This document shows, one piece after another, positions 13,315 to 25,784 of a DNA stretch of 64,000 nucleotides; within the stretch, counting starts at the first letter, position 1, and each line of letters begins with the position of its first letter. The notes under the pieces are model-generated. The model was not told the origin of the DNA and ran no database searches. It worked only from the letters and a program-made list of their open reading frames with translations. The DNA comes from Narcine bancroftii (Eukaryota): the NCBI RefSeq assembly GCF_036971445.1, contig NC_091469.1, positions 147,002,001-147,066,000 of the forward strand. The letters run 5' to 3'. A program made the translations under genes and the position numbers.

Positions 13315-14070
13315 GATAACAAGTTTCAAGAAAATTTGTTTTATTTTATATTACGTGAAATTGACTTTAGTCTGGTGTAAGGCAAACAAAGATTCGCCAT
13401 GAGCAGAAATTGCCCAGTGTCCCTTACAGTCAGAGAAAGAGAATCAAAAGAGAGCCCCTTCAGTGTCAGTAAGTATCCATGGATTTGCCTCCCGCTCTCC
13501 CTCAGCCTCTTCAGCCACTCAGACTTCAGTCCAAATCATTCGCAACCCGAGCTCGATTCAAACTTCCAGCATGACGAGGAAGCTTCTCCTATCCTAGTTC
13601 TGATCTCTGCTACCCCTTCAATCAGATTTCAGCCAGTCTTCAGCAGTCCGCAGCTTGGTCTGATTCCCTAGACTGCAGTCGCCAACAGCCGATAGCCTGT
13701 GTGGGTTCCTTGCGTCGAGTTGCCAACAGCCCGTCAGCTGGGTGTATTTCAACCTCAGAGCTCCTCTGCTGGTCTGCTGCCGTGGTTGCCAGCCCATAGG
13801 GTCATCTCCCCTGCTTCTTCTCAAACCGGAAGTGTTCTCCATGTTTTCTGGTGCCCTGCACCAGACTTCTGCTTCCTGGAGGTTGTTGCCGAACCGAGCA
13901 CCACCATCTTGTATCCAGAACCTGCGGTCGCAGAATTTTAAAATAAAATGCCGTCAGCTCCTTTACCAGGCCATTTAAAGTCTGTACTGAGCCATTAGTG
14001 GTAGAACCCTGCAGAGGAGCGATGTGTCTCTGTTCTCCGCTGGTCCGTACCATTGCAGCATTGCCATTTT
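13315..14070 (-). mobile_element. Second copy of the non-coding Rex1-tailed retroposon
   Basis: Reverse-complement similarity to 11700-12712. Confidence 0.65.
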
Positions 14071-14779
14071 CTTTGAGGGGGAAATTTATCAGTTCATTGC
14101 AGAAGCGATTGCAAGGTAAAAAATATAAGCCTTTCTTTTCAATGTAATTAAATGCACACAGAATTTAAGATTAGAAATGTACATGAGCAGAATTAGGCCA
14201 TTTGGTGCTTTGTGGCAGAGTGTCTGTATGAATTTTCTCTGTATCTTCTCTTTCTCTGTTTGCAAGATTCTGTTGATCTTTGTCATAAATATATTCAGCA
14301 TTTGAACATCATCAGCCCACCAATGCAGAAAATCTTCAAAAGTTCACAAAAGTTTGAGTGAAGAAATTTCTACTGATCTCAATTCTGCAAGACTGTCATT
14401 CATCCCGATCTCCAGAGACTTAATACACAATTGCAGCGCAGTTTGGAAATAATTTATGTGAATTCATTCAATTTGCAAATAAATGTCTCTTCTTTTTAAA
14501 ATGGCAGGATAATAAAACAATAAACACTTATCGATGTGTTTTTCTTGACAACAAAATCATAGGAGAATTCATCTTTAAACATTTTTAACACCTTTGAAGT
14601 TTTGAATGTTGAACCATTCATTATTAAAATGATGAAGGAAAGTGCCTACAAAGGTGGGGGAGGGGGGGGGCGGGGGAGGAACATTACAAACTCTATTGTC
14701 AGAGAAAATGTATCAGACAAATTAATGGAGTTTAAAAATAGGGAATTCCTTGATCAGATGGCTATCTGTCAGTGGGCTG

Positions 14780-16030
14780 CCTCAACGATTACTGCCCAGT
14801 AGCACTAACTTCTACTGTGATGAAATGCTTTAGGAGGCTGGCCATGAATTAGCACGTACCTAAGTAAAGATCTGGACCCACTGCAAATCACCTATATCGT
14901 CGCAATCACTCCACAGAAGAACCTCTGGATCACTTCGAAAACAGTAACTCATACATTCGGCTGCTCTTCATAAACAACAGCTCGGCCTTCAATACCATTA
15001 TTCCCTCAGTGCTCATCAAGAAGCTACAAACTCTAGGCCTGTGTAATCTCTCTCAATCTGGATCTTTAACTTTCTCACTGGAAGACCACAGTCAGTATGA
15101 ACTGGAAACAAAGTCTCTCCCCCTTGCTGATCATCAACACAGGTGCAGCCCAAGAATGTGTGCTTAGCCAACTGCTCTACTCGTTATATACCCATGACTC
15201 TGTGGCCAGGCATAATTCCAATGCTATCTATAAATTTGCCGATGACATCACAGTTGTTGGCAGAATCACAAACGCCTATGAGGAAGCGTACAGGAGGGAG
15301 ATAGGTCAGCTCGTCAAATGGTGTCATGACAACAACCTTGCGCAAAACTAAGGAGATGATTGTGGACTTTATGAGGAAGTCAGGGGAACACGACCCAGTC
15401 CTCATCAAGAGCTCAGTAGTGGAGAAGGTCAAGAACTTCAAATTCCTGGGTGTCAACATCTCCGAGGATCTGTCCTGGAGCCTCCATGTTGATGTTCGCC
15501 AGCAGCTATACTTTGTGAAGTGTCTGAAGAGATTCAGTATGTCACCAAAGACTCTTGTAAACCTACAGGTGTACCATGGAGAGCATTCTGGCTGGTTGCA
15601 TCACTGTCTGGTAAGGAGGTGGCAACTCTCAGGTCAAGAACAAATCCAGAGGGTTGTTAACTTGGCCTGCGACATCGCAGGGGCCAGACTTCACACCAAC
15701 TACATGAGGGGGTGTCTTAAAAAAGAAGCCTCTATCCTCAAAGACGGCCACCACCCAAGCCATGCCCTCTTCACTCTGCTACCATCGGGAAAAAGGTACA
15801 GAAACTTAACCATAGACACTCAGTGGTACAAGGACAGCTCCTTCCCCACTTCCATTAGATTCCTGAATAATCAATGAAGCAACGACACGGCCTTACTTTT
15901 GGTGCTTTATTATTTTAATTTTTTTTATAGTAATGTCGTAAGATGGTTTTATGAACGTTTGTTCTACGATGCTACTGCAAAACACTGAATTTTATGATTC
16001 GTTTATGACAATAAATTCTGATTTGGATTT
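14780..16030 (+). mobile_element. Rex1/Babar-type LINE, frameshifted RT to 3' end
   Basis: [65 protein letters not shown]. Confidence 0.9.
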
Positions 16031-17345
16031 TGGATACTAACATGGTAAATATAGGCTTGAGTTTGACATTGAAGAAACATTTCAATAGGCACATAGGTGG
16101 AAGGAATATGGAGGCATATGGTCTAGGTGCAAGACAATGGGAACAGGCAGAATAATAGTTAGGCACAGACTAGTGGGGCTGAAGGGCCTGTTTCTGTGCT
16201 GTAGTGTTCTACGGTTCAATGTTTCACCAATTTAGCTGCAGAAAGTAAGTATTTTGGTGGATATGTACATGTATGCCGTACTAATGTGTATGACAATAAA
16301 AATAAGCAGAAAGGGAAACCAGAACATACGATCTCTTCTGCACCTTCTCTGTAGCTTTCACATCCTTCTTGTAATGAGGTGACCAGAAAAGAAAATAATA
16401 CTCTGGTTAGACTAGACTTGGAGTTTAATCGAGCTGCCACATTACATTATGGCTCTTGAACTCAATCCCCTGACTAATAAAGGGCAGAAAACCATAAGCA
16501 TTCTTAACTCTCCTATCAACCTGCACAGCAGTCTTGAGAGTCTATGGATTTAGATTCCAAGGACCCTCTGTAGCCCCACACGGTTAGGAATTCTGCCGTA
16601 ACCATGTACTCCGCCTTCAAGTTCGTCTTTCTAAATTGCATTACTTCACATTTATCCGCTTTGAACTTTATCGCCCATTTTATGCCCAATTCTGTACCCT
16701 GTTGTAACCTGCAACAACCTTACCTCCAACCTCTATGAAATCTATAAAATTACTGACCCATCTTTCTACTTCCTCATTCAAATAATTTATAAAAATCGCC
16801 AAGAGCAGAGCTCCCAGAATCGATCCTTGTGGAACACAACCAGGCAGAAAATGCTCTTTCTCCTACCTTCTGCCACCTAGAGTCAAACCCATTCTGAATC
16901 CATGGTTCCACGGATGCCATGCCTCATCACTTTCTGAATGACCCTACTACGGGAGATCTTGTCAAACACATTCCTATGATCAATATGCACCCGTCCACTG
17001 CCTTACCTTCATCAATTTATTTTGTCACCACCTAAGAAAATTCAATTAAGCCCACGAGGCACAACCTTTCCCTCACACAGTCATGCTTTCTATTCCTTCA
17101 TCATACTTGCCAAGGGTTTCTCACACCACCTTCTGGATCTCCTAACTGCTCAGAGATCCTGTCCTTGGGAATCCTGCCCAATAGTTGGCAAACTACCCAA
17201 GTCTATAATTCTCCGGATTCTTACTGTAACATTTCTTAAACCAGGGGATCACATTTGCCATTCTTGGATCCTGCGGGACCTTTCCCACGGCGTGGAAGGA
17301 CTCAAAGTTCATTGCCGATGCCCCAGCAATTTCCTCTAGTTACTA

Positions 17346-17520
17346 GACTATAGCCTATAGAAGCCTGAATATGCATGGGATTGTCTGATCTTGGAAGCTA
17401 AGCAGGCACAGGACAGTACTTGGAGGGTAGAATGGCTTGTAGGTTTCTGTGAGGGCGGTGGACAAAGTGACAACTACATTATCAATGTGGTATTATGTGA
17501 CAATAATGGAACCTTTATCT
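17346..17520 (+). mobile_element. 5S rRNA-derived SINE (SINE3-like), degenerate
   Basis: GTCTGATCTTGGAAGCTAAGCAGG...AGTACTTGGA matches vertebrate 5S; followed by GGACAAAGTG body and TGACAATAATGGAACCTTT tail. Confidence 0.75.
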
Positions 17521-18853
17521 TTATTAAATTTAAATGTAATTTTTTAGTTTAGACATATAGCACAGTAATAGGTCCTTTCAGCCCACGAGCCCATGATGCC
17601 CAATTACACCCAATTGAACTACAACCCCTGGTACAATGTGAAAAGAAACCGGAGCCCTCAAAGGAAACCCATGCAGACGTGGGGAGAACGTATAAACTTC
17701 TTACAGACAGCGAGGGGTTCAAACCCCGGTCTCGATTGCCGGCGTTGTAACAGCATTGTGTTAACCATTATACTAACCATGCCACCGTGTATATATCTGG
17801 ATTATATCATGCCTGGTCTCTGGGAATTATCCCTATGAATTACTTTTTGAGGATCCAGCACTTCTTTCTTAACCTCGACATACTCCACTGTGGTACACTG
17901 ACCATACCTTTAGCAAGGTAACTCTGCACGGAAAACACTGAAGTAAGGTATATATTTGTGTCCTCCCTTACTTCATCTGCCTCCAGGCACACATTCCCCC
18001 CCCTCCCTCCCCTTATCCATAGCTAGTCCTACCCTCACTCTAGTCATCCTATGGATCTTCATATACATTTCATCCCTCTGCGTTTTCCTTCATCATACTT
18101 GCCAAGGGTTTCTCACACCACCTTCTGGCTCTCCTAAATTCTATCTTAAATCCCTTCCTGGCTACCATTCATTCTCATGATCCCTTCCTGACTTTTACTT
18201 CCTAAACATAAAGGTGTATGCTTCCGTCTTCCTCTTGACCTGCTGTCCCACCCTTATCGACCAGGCTCCTTTACCCAACCAACTTTTCCCTGTCTCAGTG
18301 GGACAAATCTATCCAGATCCCCCTGCACCTCCACATCCTCTACCTTTGATCTGTGCATTTCACCAAGAACATCTGTTCCCAATTTACTCTCCCAGCTTTA
18401 TCTCATTGTAATTAGCCCCTCCCCAATTAAACATGTTCCCATTTTGACTTCTCCTATCCTTGTCCGCAACTGGACTAAAGGTCAAGGAGCTGTGATCATT
18501 GTCTCCGAAATGCTCCCCCACTGAGAGGTCTGCCACCTGACCGGGTTCATTAGCCATGACAAGATCCAGTATGGCCTCTAGTTGGTTTGTCCACATATTG
18601 TGTCAGGCATCTTTCTTGGACACACTTGACAAATTCTTCCCCATCTGAACCTTTTGCCCTCAGGAAGTGCCAGTCAATTTTAGGGAAGTTGAAGTCTCTC
18701 ATGGCAACAACCCTAATATTTTTGCACCTTTTCAAAATCTGCCTTATCTGCTCCTCAGTGGCCCAGTCATTATTTGGTGGCTGATAGAATATTCCCAAAA
18801 GAGTGATTGCTCCTTCCCTGTTTGTGACTTCCACCCACATTGACTCAGTAGAC

Positions 18854-19229
18854 CAGTGGTTCTCAACCTTTACCTTTGCACTCAGATACCACTTTAAGTA
18901 TTCCCTATGACATCGGTGTTCTGTGATTAGTAAGGGATTGCTTAAGATGGTATGTGAGTGGAAAGAAAAAGTTTGAAAACCACTGTTTTAATCGTACCTA
19001 ATTGACTCGTTATGTGCATGGTTTTCGTACTCCAAAGGAAATGGGCCAATGACAATTTTTCTCAAGCAAAATATTTCAGTAACAATTGAGTCTAGAGCAG
19101 TGATTCTCAACCTTTCCTTCCCATTCACATACCACCTTAAGCAATCCCTTACTAATCACAGAGCACCGATGGCATAGGGATTGCTTAAAGCGGTATGTTA
19201 GTGGAAAGAAACAAGGTTGAGAAGCACTG
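18854..19229. mobile_element. Composite hAT (Charlie-like) element made of two inverted 132-bp MITE units
   Basis: Units 18854-18985 and 19098-19229, each CAGTG.TTCTCAAC...TTGA.AA.CACTG, around a 112-bp spacer. Confidence 0.85.
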
Positions 19230-19734
19230 CACAACATCCTCCCTTCCTGCAGCTGTGTTACTGTCCCTGATTAGCAGTGTCACTTCCTCCTCCACCACCT
19301 TTATTTACCTCCCTCCCTATCACTTTTGAAACATCTAAACTCCAGACTTCTATATTCCATTGAACTCCATGTGAAGAGTTTAAACTGATCCGATGAGAAT
19401 AAAGAAGATTCATCATGTTATACCCCTTTCATTGGACAAGCAATCATTCAACCTCTCACATATGCATTTTAAGTGTCCCATAAAGTACACCACCTGCATC
19501 AGTTGCTCCCTAGATAGCTGTGAATAATTTGATGCCCTTTATACACAGGAATGCTTTCTAACTTGGCAGCTGAATGAAGTATTGTCAAGTTTTTGTTGCT
19601 GGCATGTGATGGTATTGTGTGATGGCATGCTTGTGAATCTTCTTCCTGACCAGAGGACTTTGAAGAGAGTGTGGCCGGGGTGGGATGAGTCTTTTAATAT
19701 GGAGTGAACACCAAAGTCTAGGCGATTGCTGATT

Positions 19735-20715
19735 GTAGTAAAAAGACACAGAAATCAGCCAGTCTTGCAGCGTCCACAGGAGGTAAAGATATATTAATGA
19801 CGTTTTGGACCTGAGCCCTTTTCCAGGATACTAGAAAAATAAAAGCAGGAAGGTATCAGAATAAAGACAGAAAGGGGGATGAGTCCAGGCCAACAGTCAA
19901 AATGTGTTAATTGGATTTGATAAGGTGGAAATTGATTTTAGCTCTATGAGACAGGTGGGAAGGAAAGGGAACGAGTGATGGAGCTGAGTGAAAGGAGACA
20001 GGGGAAGGCAGGGGGGGTGGGTTTGGTTTAACGGAAACCAGAGAAGTCCACGTTAATGGTATCCAGTTGGAGGGTGCCCAGACGGAAGATGAGGTGTTGC
20101 TCCTCCAATCTGCGGGTGGCCTCTGTCCAACCGCACATGAGACCATGGTCAGACATATCAGCAAAGGAATGGGACAGGGAATTGGAATGGGTGGCCACTG
20201 GGAAATCCATGCTATGGCAGCGGTCAGAGCCAAGATGCTAAAAAAAAATCAATTTACCATTCCCTTCCTGGCATGTCTGTCCAAGGTCTCCTGCACTGCC
20301 AGACTGAGGCCACCTGTGGATTGGAAGAGCAACATCTCATCTTCCTTCTGGGAACCCTCTAACTAGATGGTATTAACATTGACTTCTCTGGTTTCCAATG
20401 TACTGCCCCTCTCTGTTCTTCCTCCCCTGTTGCCTTTCCTTAAGGTCTCTCTCTCTCTTCCCTTTTCCCTCACTTTTCACAGAGCCAAATTAAATTCTTC
20501 CCATTCTTCTTATCATATCCAATTAAAATCTTTTGACTGTTGGTCTGGACTCCTTCCCCTGGCATTTTTCCACCTTTATTCAGAGGCCATCCTGTTTATT
20601 TGTTTATTCCTTGAAGAAGGGCTCAGGCCCGAAACGTTGGTAATATACTTTTATCTCCTATGGATGCTGCAAGACCGGTTGAGTTCCTCCTGTATTTCTG
20701 TGTGTTTCTACTGAG
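19735..20715. mobile_element. Two Penelope-like element 3' ends in inverted orientation
   Basis: EATRRLEEQHLIFRLGTLQ (GIY-YIG domain end) on minus at 20030-20130 and its homolog on plus at about 20300-20400; hammerhead-like tails. Confidence 0.8.
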
Positions 20716-21118
20716 TCTTTTAATACTATGCTCATTTTTCCAAGCCAAACCATATCCAAGGCAAATTCGGGGAAATGCAACTAGCTCAGACAGACAATTT
20801 GGTCGGCATGGACAATTTGGGCTGAAGGGCCTATTTCAATGCTGCAGAACTCTGTAAGTTGAAAGAATTCAGCACATCAGCCATGCTGTTCATCAAAGAT
20901 TTGGTTGAAGATACCAAGAGGGGTTTACCTGTTGGAAGTTCATTCCTGGTTGGTTTTACTAATAGTGTATGGATCCAAAATTAAAACCTGGGCCAAAACC
21001 AACCACTACCTGTCCAAACCTAAGCCTAGTCTGAGAATCTATAGTTCATCTCATATCCAATCTAATCTAACTCGCCATCGCTGAGTATCCTGACCCAGTG
21101 AACGCACCGGCATTAGCA

Positions 21119-21361
21119 GTTCATAGAACATAGAACATACTGCATGTTCATAGAACATAGAACATACTGCATGTTCATAGAACATAGAACATACTGCATG
21201 TTCATAGAACATAGAACATCCTGCATGTTCATAGAACATAGAACATCCTGCATGTTCATAGAACATAGAACATCCTGCATGTTCATAGAACATAGAACAT
21301 ACTGCATGTTCATAGAACATAGAACATACTGCATGTTCATAGAACATAGAACATACTGCAC
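21119..21361. repeat. Minisatellite, 9 x 27 bp GTTCATAGAACATAGAACAT(A/C)CTGCAT
   Basis: Direct count; abuts a minus-strand CR1 3' end (21362-21630). Confidence 0.97.
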
Positions 21362-21883
21362 AGTACAGGCCATTTGGCTCTCAATGTTGTTCCAATTTAA
21401 AACAAAGTACTGAACCCTTCCATCCTCAAAACCCTCTATTCTTCTTTCATCCATGTGCCTGTGTAAGAGTCTCTTAAATGCCCCTAATGTTTCAGCCTCC
21501 ACCACCATCCCTTGGAAGGCATTCCAGGCACTCATACCACTTTAAAAAAATCTACCCCTGATGTCTTCCCTAAACTTCCCTCCTTTCACTTTATGGAGAT
21601 GTCTCCTGGTGTTTGCTATTCCTGCTGTTTCTAATGCACCACTTCTCTAGCTCAGTTCCATTGATTTTAATGAAACTAGATCTTGTTAACTGGAGCAGAA
21701 TCAGTGTTATTGATCAGAAGTTAATTTGTAAGGTCTCATCTTTTTGGTCAATGGTTCTGCTATGTGTGATGGCTCGGAGACATCAGGTTTAATCAGAACA
21801 ACATTGTTGACCATGGGATCAAAGGTCTGGGCCTCAAGCTTTAGAATTTCCTCCCTAAGCCTTTTTCTCTTTGTTAATGTTTA

Positions 21884-21957
21884 CAAAAGAGCCTGCAGCT
21901 GACGTGGACTTTTTACCCCCTCCATAAATCTTCGTCCGCGAAGCCAAGCCAAAGAAG
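21884..21957 (+). mobile_element. 74-bp RTE 3' stub with 8-bp TSD
   Basis: 3'UTR matches 1880-1935; AATGTTTA at 21876-21883 and 21958-21965. Confidence 0.93.
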
Positions 21958-23339
21958 AATGTTTATTTTTAAACCTACCTCGTTGATGCAGCCTTTCCTA
22001 TTATCACCTTGCATGCCTCAAGGCCTAACGTCACTTGATTATGTGTCGGTGAAGGGCTTTTGGGTATTTTCAAAAAAAGGGCTAATGACTGAACCTCCCT
22101 TTGGCACTACAGGCTTCAAGTTTTCTCCTAGGCAAAGAAGGCAAGGCAGCATTTCACACTCTTCTTGGCCAAATGATTGTCTACCTTCATGTAGCACAGT
22201 GGATAACATCTAATACCTCTAATGTACCCAGATTCACAGCTCCTTCTTAATGCTCCCGAGGGAGTTAAGACTGAATAAAACGACACCTTTTTCACTTGAG
22301 GCTGGAATAATAATCCAGACCGACTCAGAGAATTGTGTAAAATCTAGACTGAGTCAATTGTGACACTCGATTATTTCGTTCGAGGTAGAATTCTAATGAC
22401 TTTAGCTCCATTGAACATGTCACTCCTGAACAACACGAGGCTCATCTATCAGACCATTTCCAGATATAATTTATTGCCTTTTGATCACCTTTTAACATCA
22501 CAGTAAATTGAAAACCTACGTCTCACTGACAGGTTAAAATAGCTTGTCTACTCAATTCCCTCCAGCTCTTAAAGGAATGTTTGCAGGAAATTCGAGGAGT
22601 ATGATACAGTTACCATCTGTAATTCTCACAATTGCACCTCATCAACATCATGAAGGATGTAAGAGTGTGAGGCTATGATTTGGTGAGGGAATGAACCATT
22701 ATTCTTGGAGCTTGTTAAAGCGAAAGAGTTGCACCTCTGAGACATCTCATCCCAATCCTTCACAACCAGTCGTACACTTTTGATTTCCACTCATTATTGG
22801 ACGGCAAGGTCTCATAAACAGGAAGCATTACACAATCCGAGGAAGGGTTCCACCCTTAAACCTCGACCGTTCCTTCTCTCCCACTGATGCAGCTCGATCC
22901 ACTGAGATTAAATTTTGGTAAAAGCCAAATCCAGCCCAATTACACCCAAATTAACCTGCAACCCCGTTATGGTTTGGAGGGGTGGGTGGAAATCGGACAA
23001 TCTTGGAAAAAACCCATGCAGACACAGGGAGAATGTACAAATTCCTGACAGACAGCGCCAGCTGTGAACCCTGGTCGCTGTCCCTACAATAGTGTCATCC
23101 TGACCACTGCACCAGTGGAACTGTATTTGGCAAGAAGGAGAGAGAGTTCTGGTCTCCACCAACACTTGACTCTAAACTGCAGGACAAATCTGTGGATTCT
23201 TAGACAATCAGTTAGAGTTAGAATGTATCATAGGGTACAGTCACAGGCAAATAAGTCATCTACAAGTAGCGTCTGTTAGACTTTGGTATCTGTTGCAGGT
23301 TTTTATCACTTCTTGCTTCCTGCGTCATGTCAAGTTCAT

Positions 23340-24630
23340 TAAGAACATAAGAAATAGGAGCGGGAGTCGACCATCCGGCCCTTCGAGCCTGCTCCACCAT
23401 TCAATAAGATCATGCCTGATCTGATCATAGACTCCACTCCACCGACCTGCCCTTTCCCCATATCCATTAATTCCCTTTTTATGTAAAAATCTATCTAATT
23501 AAATCTTAAATGTGTTTAGTGAAGTAGCCTCAATCTTTTCCCTGGGTAAAGAATTCTACAGATTCACTACTCTCTGTGAAAAAACAGTTTTTCCTCATCT
23601 CCGTCTTAAATCTACTCCTCTGAATCTTAAGGCTGTGTCCCCTAGTTCTGGTCTCACCTACCACTGAAAACATTTTTCCTGCCTCTATTTTATCTACCCC
23701 TTTCATAATTTTATATGTCTCTATAAGATTTCCTCTCATTCTTCTGAATTCGAGTGAGTATAATCCCAGGCAATTTAGTTCCTCCAATCTCCTAATCTCC
23801 GGGATCAACCTGGTGAACCTCCTCTGGACTTTCCTCATCTATGGAGACTAGAACTGCACACCGTAGTCCAGGTGTGGCCTCACCAGCACCTTGTACAGTT
23901 GCTCTTGACTCAATTCCTCTAGCGATGAAGGCCAACATTCCATTTGCCTTCTTAATAACCCTTTTCACCTGCAACCCAACTTTTTATGATTCATGCACAA
24001 GCCCTCCCAAGTCCTTCGGCACTACAGCAGGCTGCAGGTTTTCACCATTTAAATTATAATCTTCTATTTTTCCTGCCAATGTGGATGACAACACATTTAT
24101 TAACGTTGTTCTCCATCTGCCAGACCTTTGCCCACTCACCTAATGTAACTATATCCTTCTTCAGCCACTCCACATCCTCTTCCACTCAATTTAGTATCAA
24201 CAAACTTGGCTGCACTACACTGTCCCCTCTTCCATATCATCAGTGTGAATGATGAACAGCTGTGGGCCCAGCACCGACCCCTGTGGCCCCCCACTTACCA
24301 CTCTCTGCCAATCAGAAAAACACCCATTTATCCCGACTCTCTGCCCTCTGTCAGCTAACCAATTCTCAATCCATGCCAATGTACTTCCCCGACTCCATTC
24401 ATCTGTATCTTATTGATAAGTCTCTTGTGTGGCACCTTATCAAATGCCTTCTGGAAATCCAAATATACCACATCAACCTGTTCCCCTCTATCTACCGCAC
24501 CCATTAGATCCTCAAAGAACTCCAGCAAGTTTGTCAAACAAGACCTGCCTGTTCTCAATCCATGCTGCATCTGTCTGATGGAACCCATTCGTTCGCAATG
24601 TCTCACTATTCAATCCTTAATGACAGCTTC
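23340..24630 (-). mobile_element. CR1 LINE, RT to 3' tail
   Basis: QHGLRTGRSCLTNLLEFFE...VDVVYLDFQKAFDKVPH; KKANGMLAFIARGIE; AAGAACATAAGAA tail. Confidence 0.92.
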
Positions 24631-25784
24631 AGGAATCTGTCAACGGTCAGTGGCTTTGCTCAGACACTCAAACGTTAGTCATTGTCACAGGGCAGCGCTC
24701 AACTTGCATATTCCCCCTTGTAGCACATCTTTCTTTAATCTAGCAAGCAATCAGGCTACTAAAATTGTCCATCATCCCATCCTTCCAAGCAACTAAGAGA
24801 TCCCAGTGAACGTCCCTGCCACTCCTATGGTCCTGTGGCTTGACCTCTGATCTGATGCTCTCTAGCAGTCGGGCAGGACACTCTCCATAGAGCTCCTGTA
24901 GAAATTTGACAGGATGGTGGAAGGTAGCCTTGCCTGCATCAATCTTCTCAGAAACGACCGTCACCTTTAGGCCTTGACAAGTGAGGAGATGTTGTGTGTC
25001 CGCAATAGGGCACTTCTTAAGTGGATAGTGAATAACTTGGTACTGCCCTATTATTCATAGTCTGTAGATGTTGCAAGAACTGCAATGGGTCTGCAGTTCC
25101 TTTGCACATTGCACAACAATCACAGTGTCGGAAACCTTTTCTTCCTTTTACATTTATCCTTTCTTCTCTCTTCTTGAACGTTGTGTGTTTTATGTACCTG
25201 GGAAGCTGCGGCAAATGGAACTTCCTTTGCGCTTGTGGATCTGATAATGAACCTCATTCATTCAAATCCTGCTATCTTCCCATCTCTAAAATGCAGCGGG
25301 AGCTCCTTCCCCGCAAGGATGTATTGGTGCGTGAACATTTTGTTAATACTGTAGGAAATGAAAGGCAGTCGAGGTTTCGGGCGTGAAGAATACGGTAAAT
25401 CAGACAGACACCTGAATAAAAAAGGCTAGGGGGAAAGGAGGAGGAGCACATCTAACTGGCAAGAGGTGACAGGTTGGATAGAGGGGGGAGGTGGGAAGAG
25501 AACAAAGCTGAGAAGTAATGGTGAAGGGGGCCGTGGGCAGTTCACCTTCACATGGGGCATGAGGGATGGGCATGAAGTGTTAGTTTTGCACGAGCTGTTT
25601 GCAGTCTGAAAATTAAATAATTAACCAGAAGGAATAAAGAGACAAGCTTGCCTGATCCCAGAACCAAAAGTGTGATAAAGCCAGATATGCTGCAATAATT
25701 TGGGGAGCACGGTTAGGGTCGCGGTTGACACAATGCTATTACAGCGCCAGCGAACTGGGTTTGAATCAGTAAGGACTTTGTATG

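Larger units (their letters stand above)
16330..19350 (-). mobile_element. Long decayed CR1 LINE (endonuclease to RT) with nested SINEs and hAT element
   Basis: WVEVTNREGAITLLGIFYQPP, RDFNFPKIDW, AILDLVMANEPGQV...GEHFGDNDH endonuclease motifs. Confidence 0.85.

Noticed and set aside
21051-21535. CRISPR array or repeat protein (MFYEHAVCS / MFIEHRTYC ORFs)
   Set aside because: No spacers; a 27-bp unit keeps frames open by arithmetic, and the unit derives from a CR1 tail
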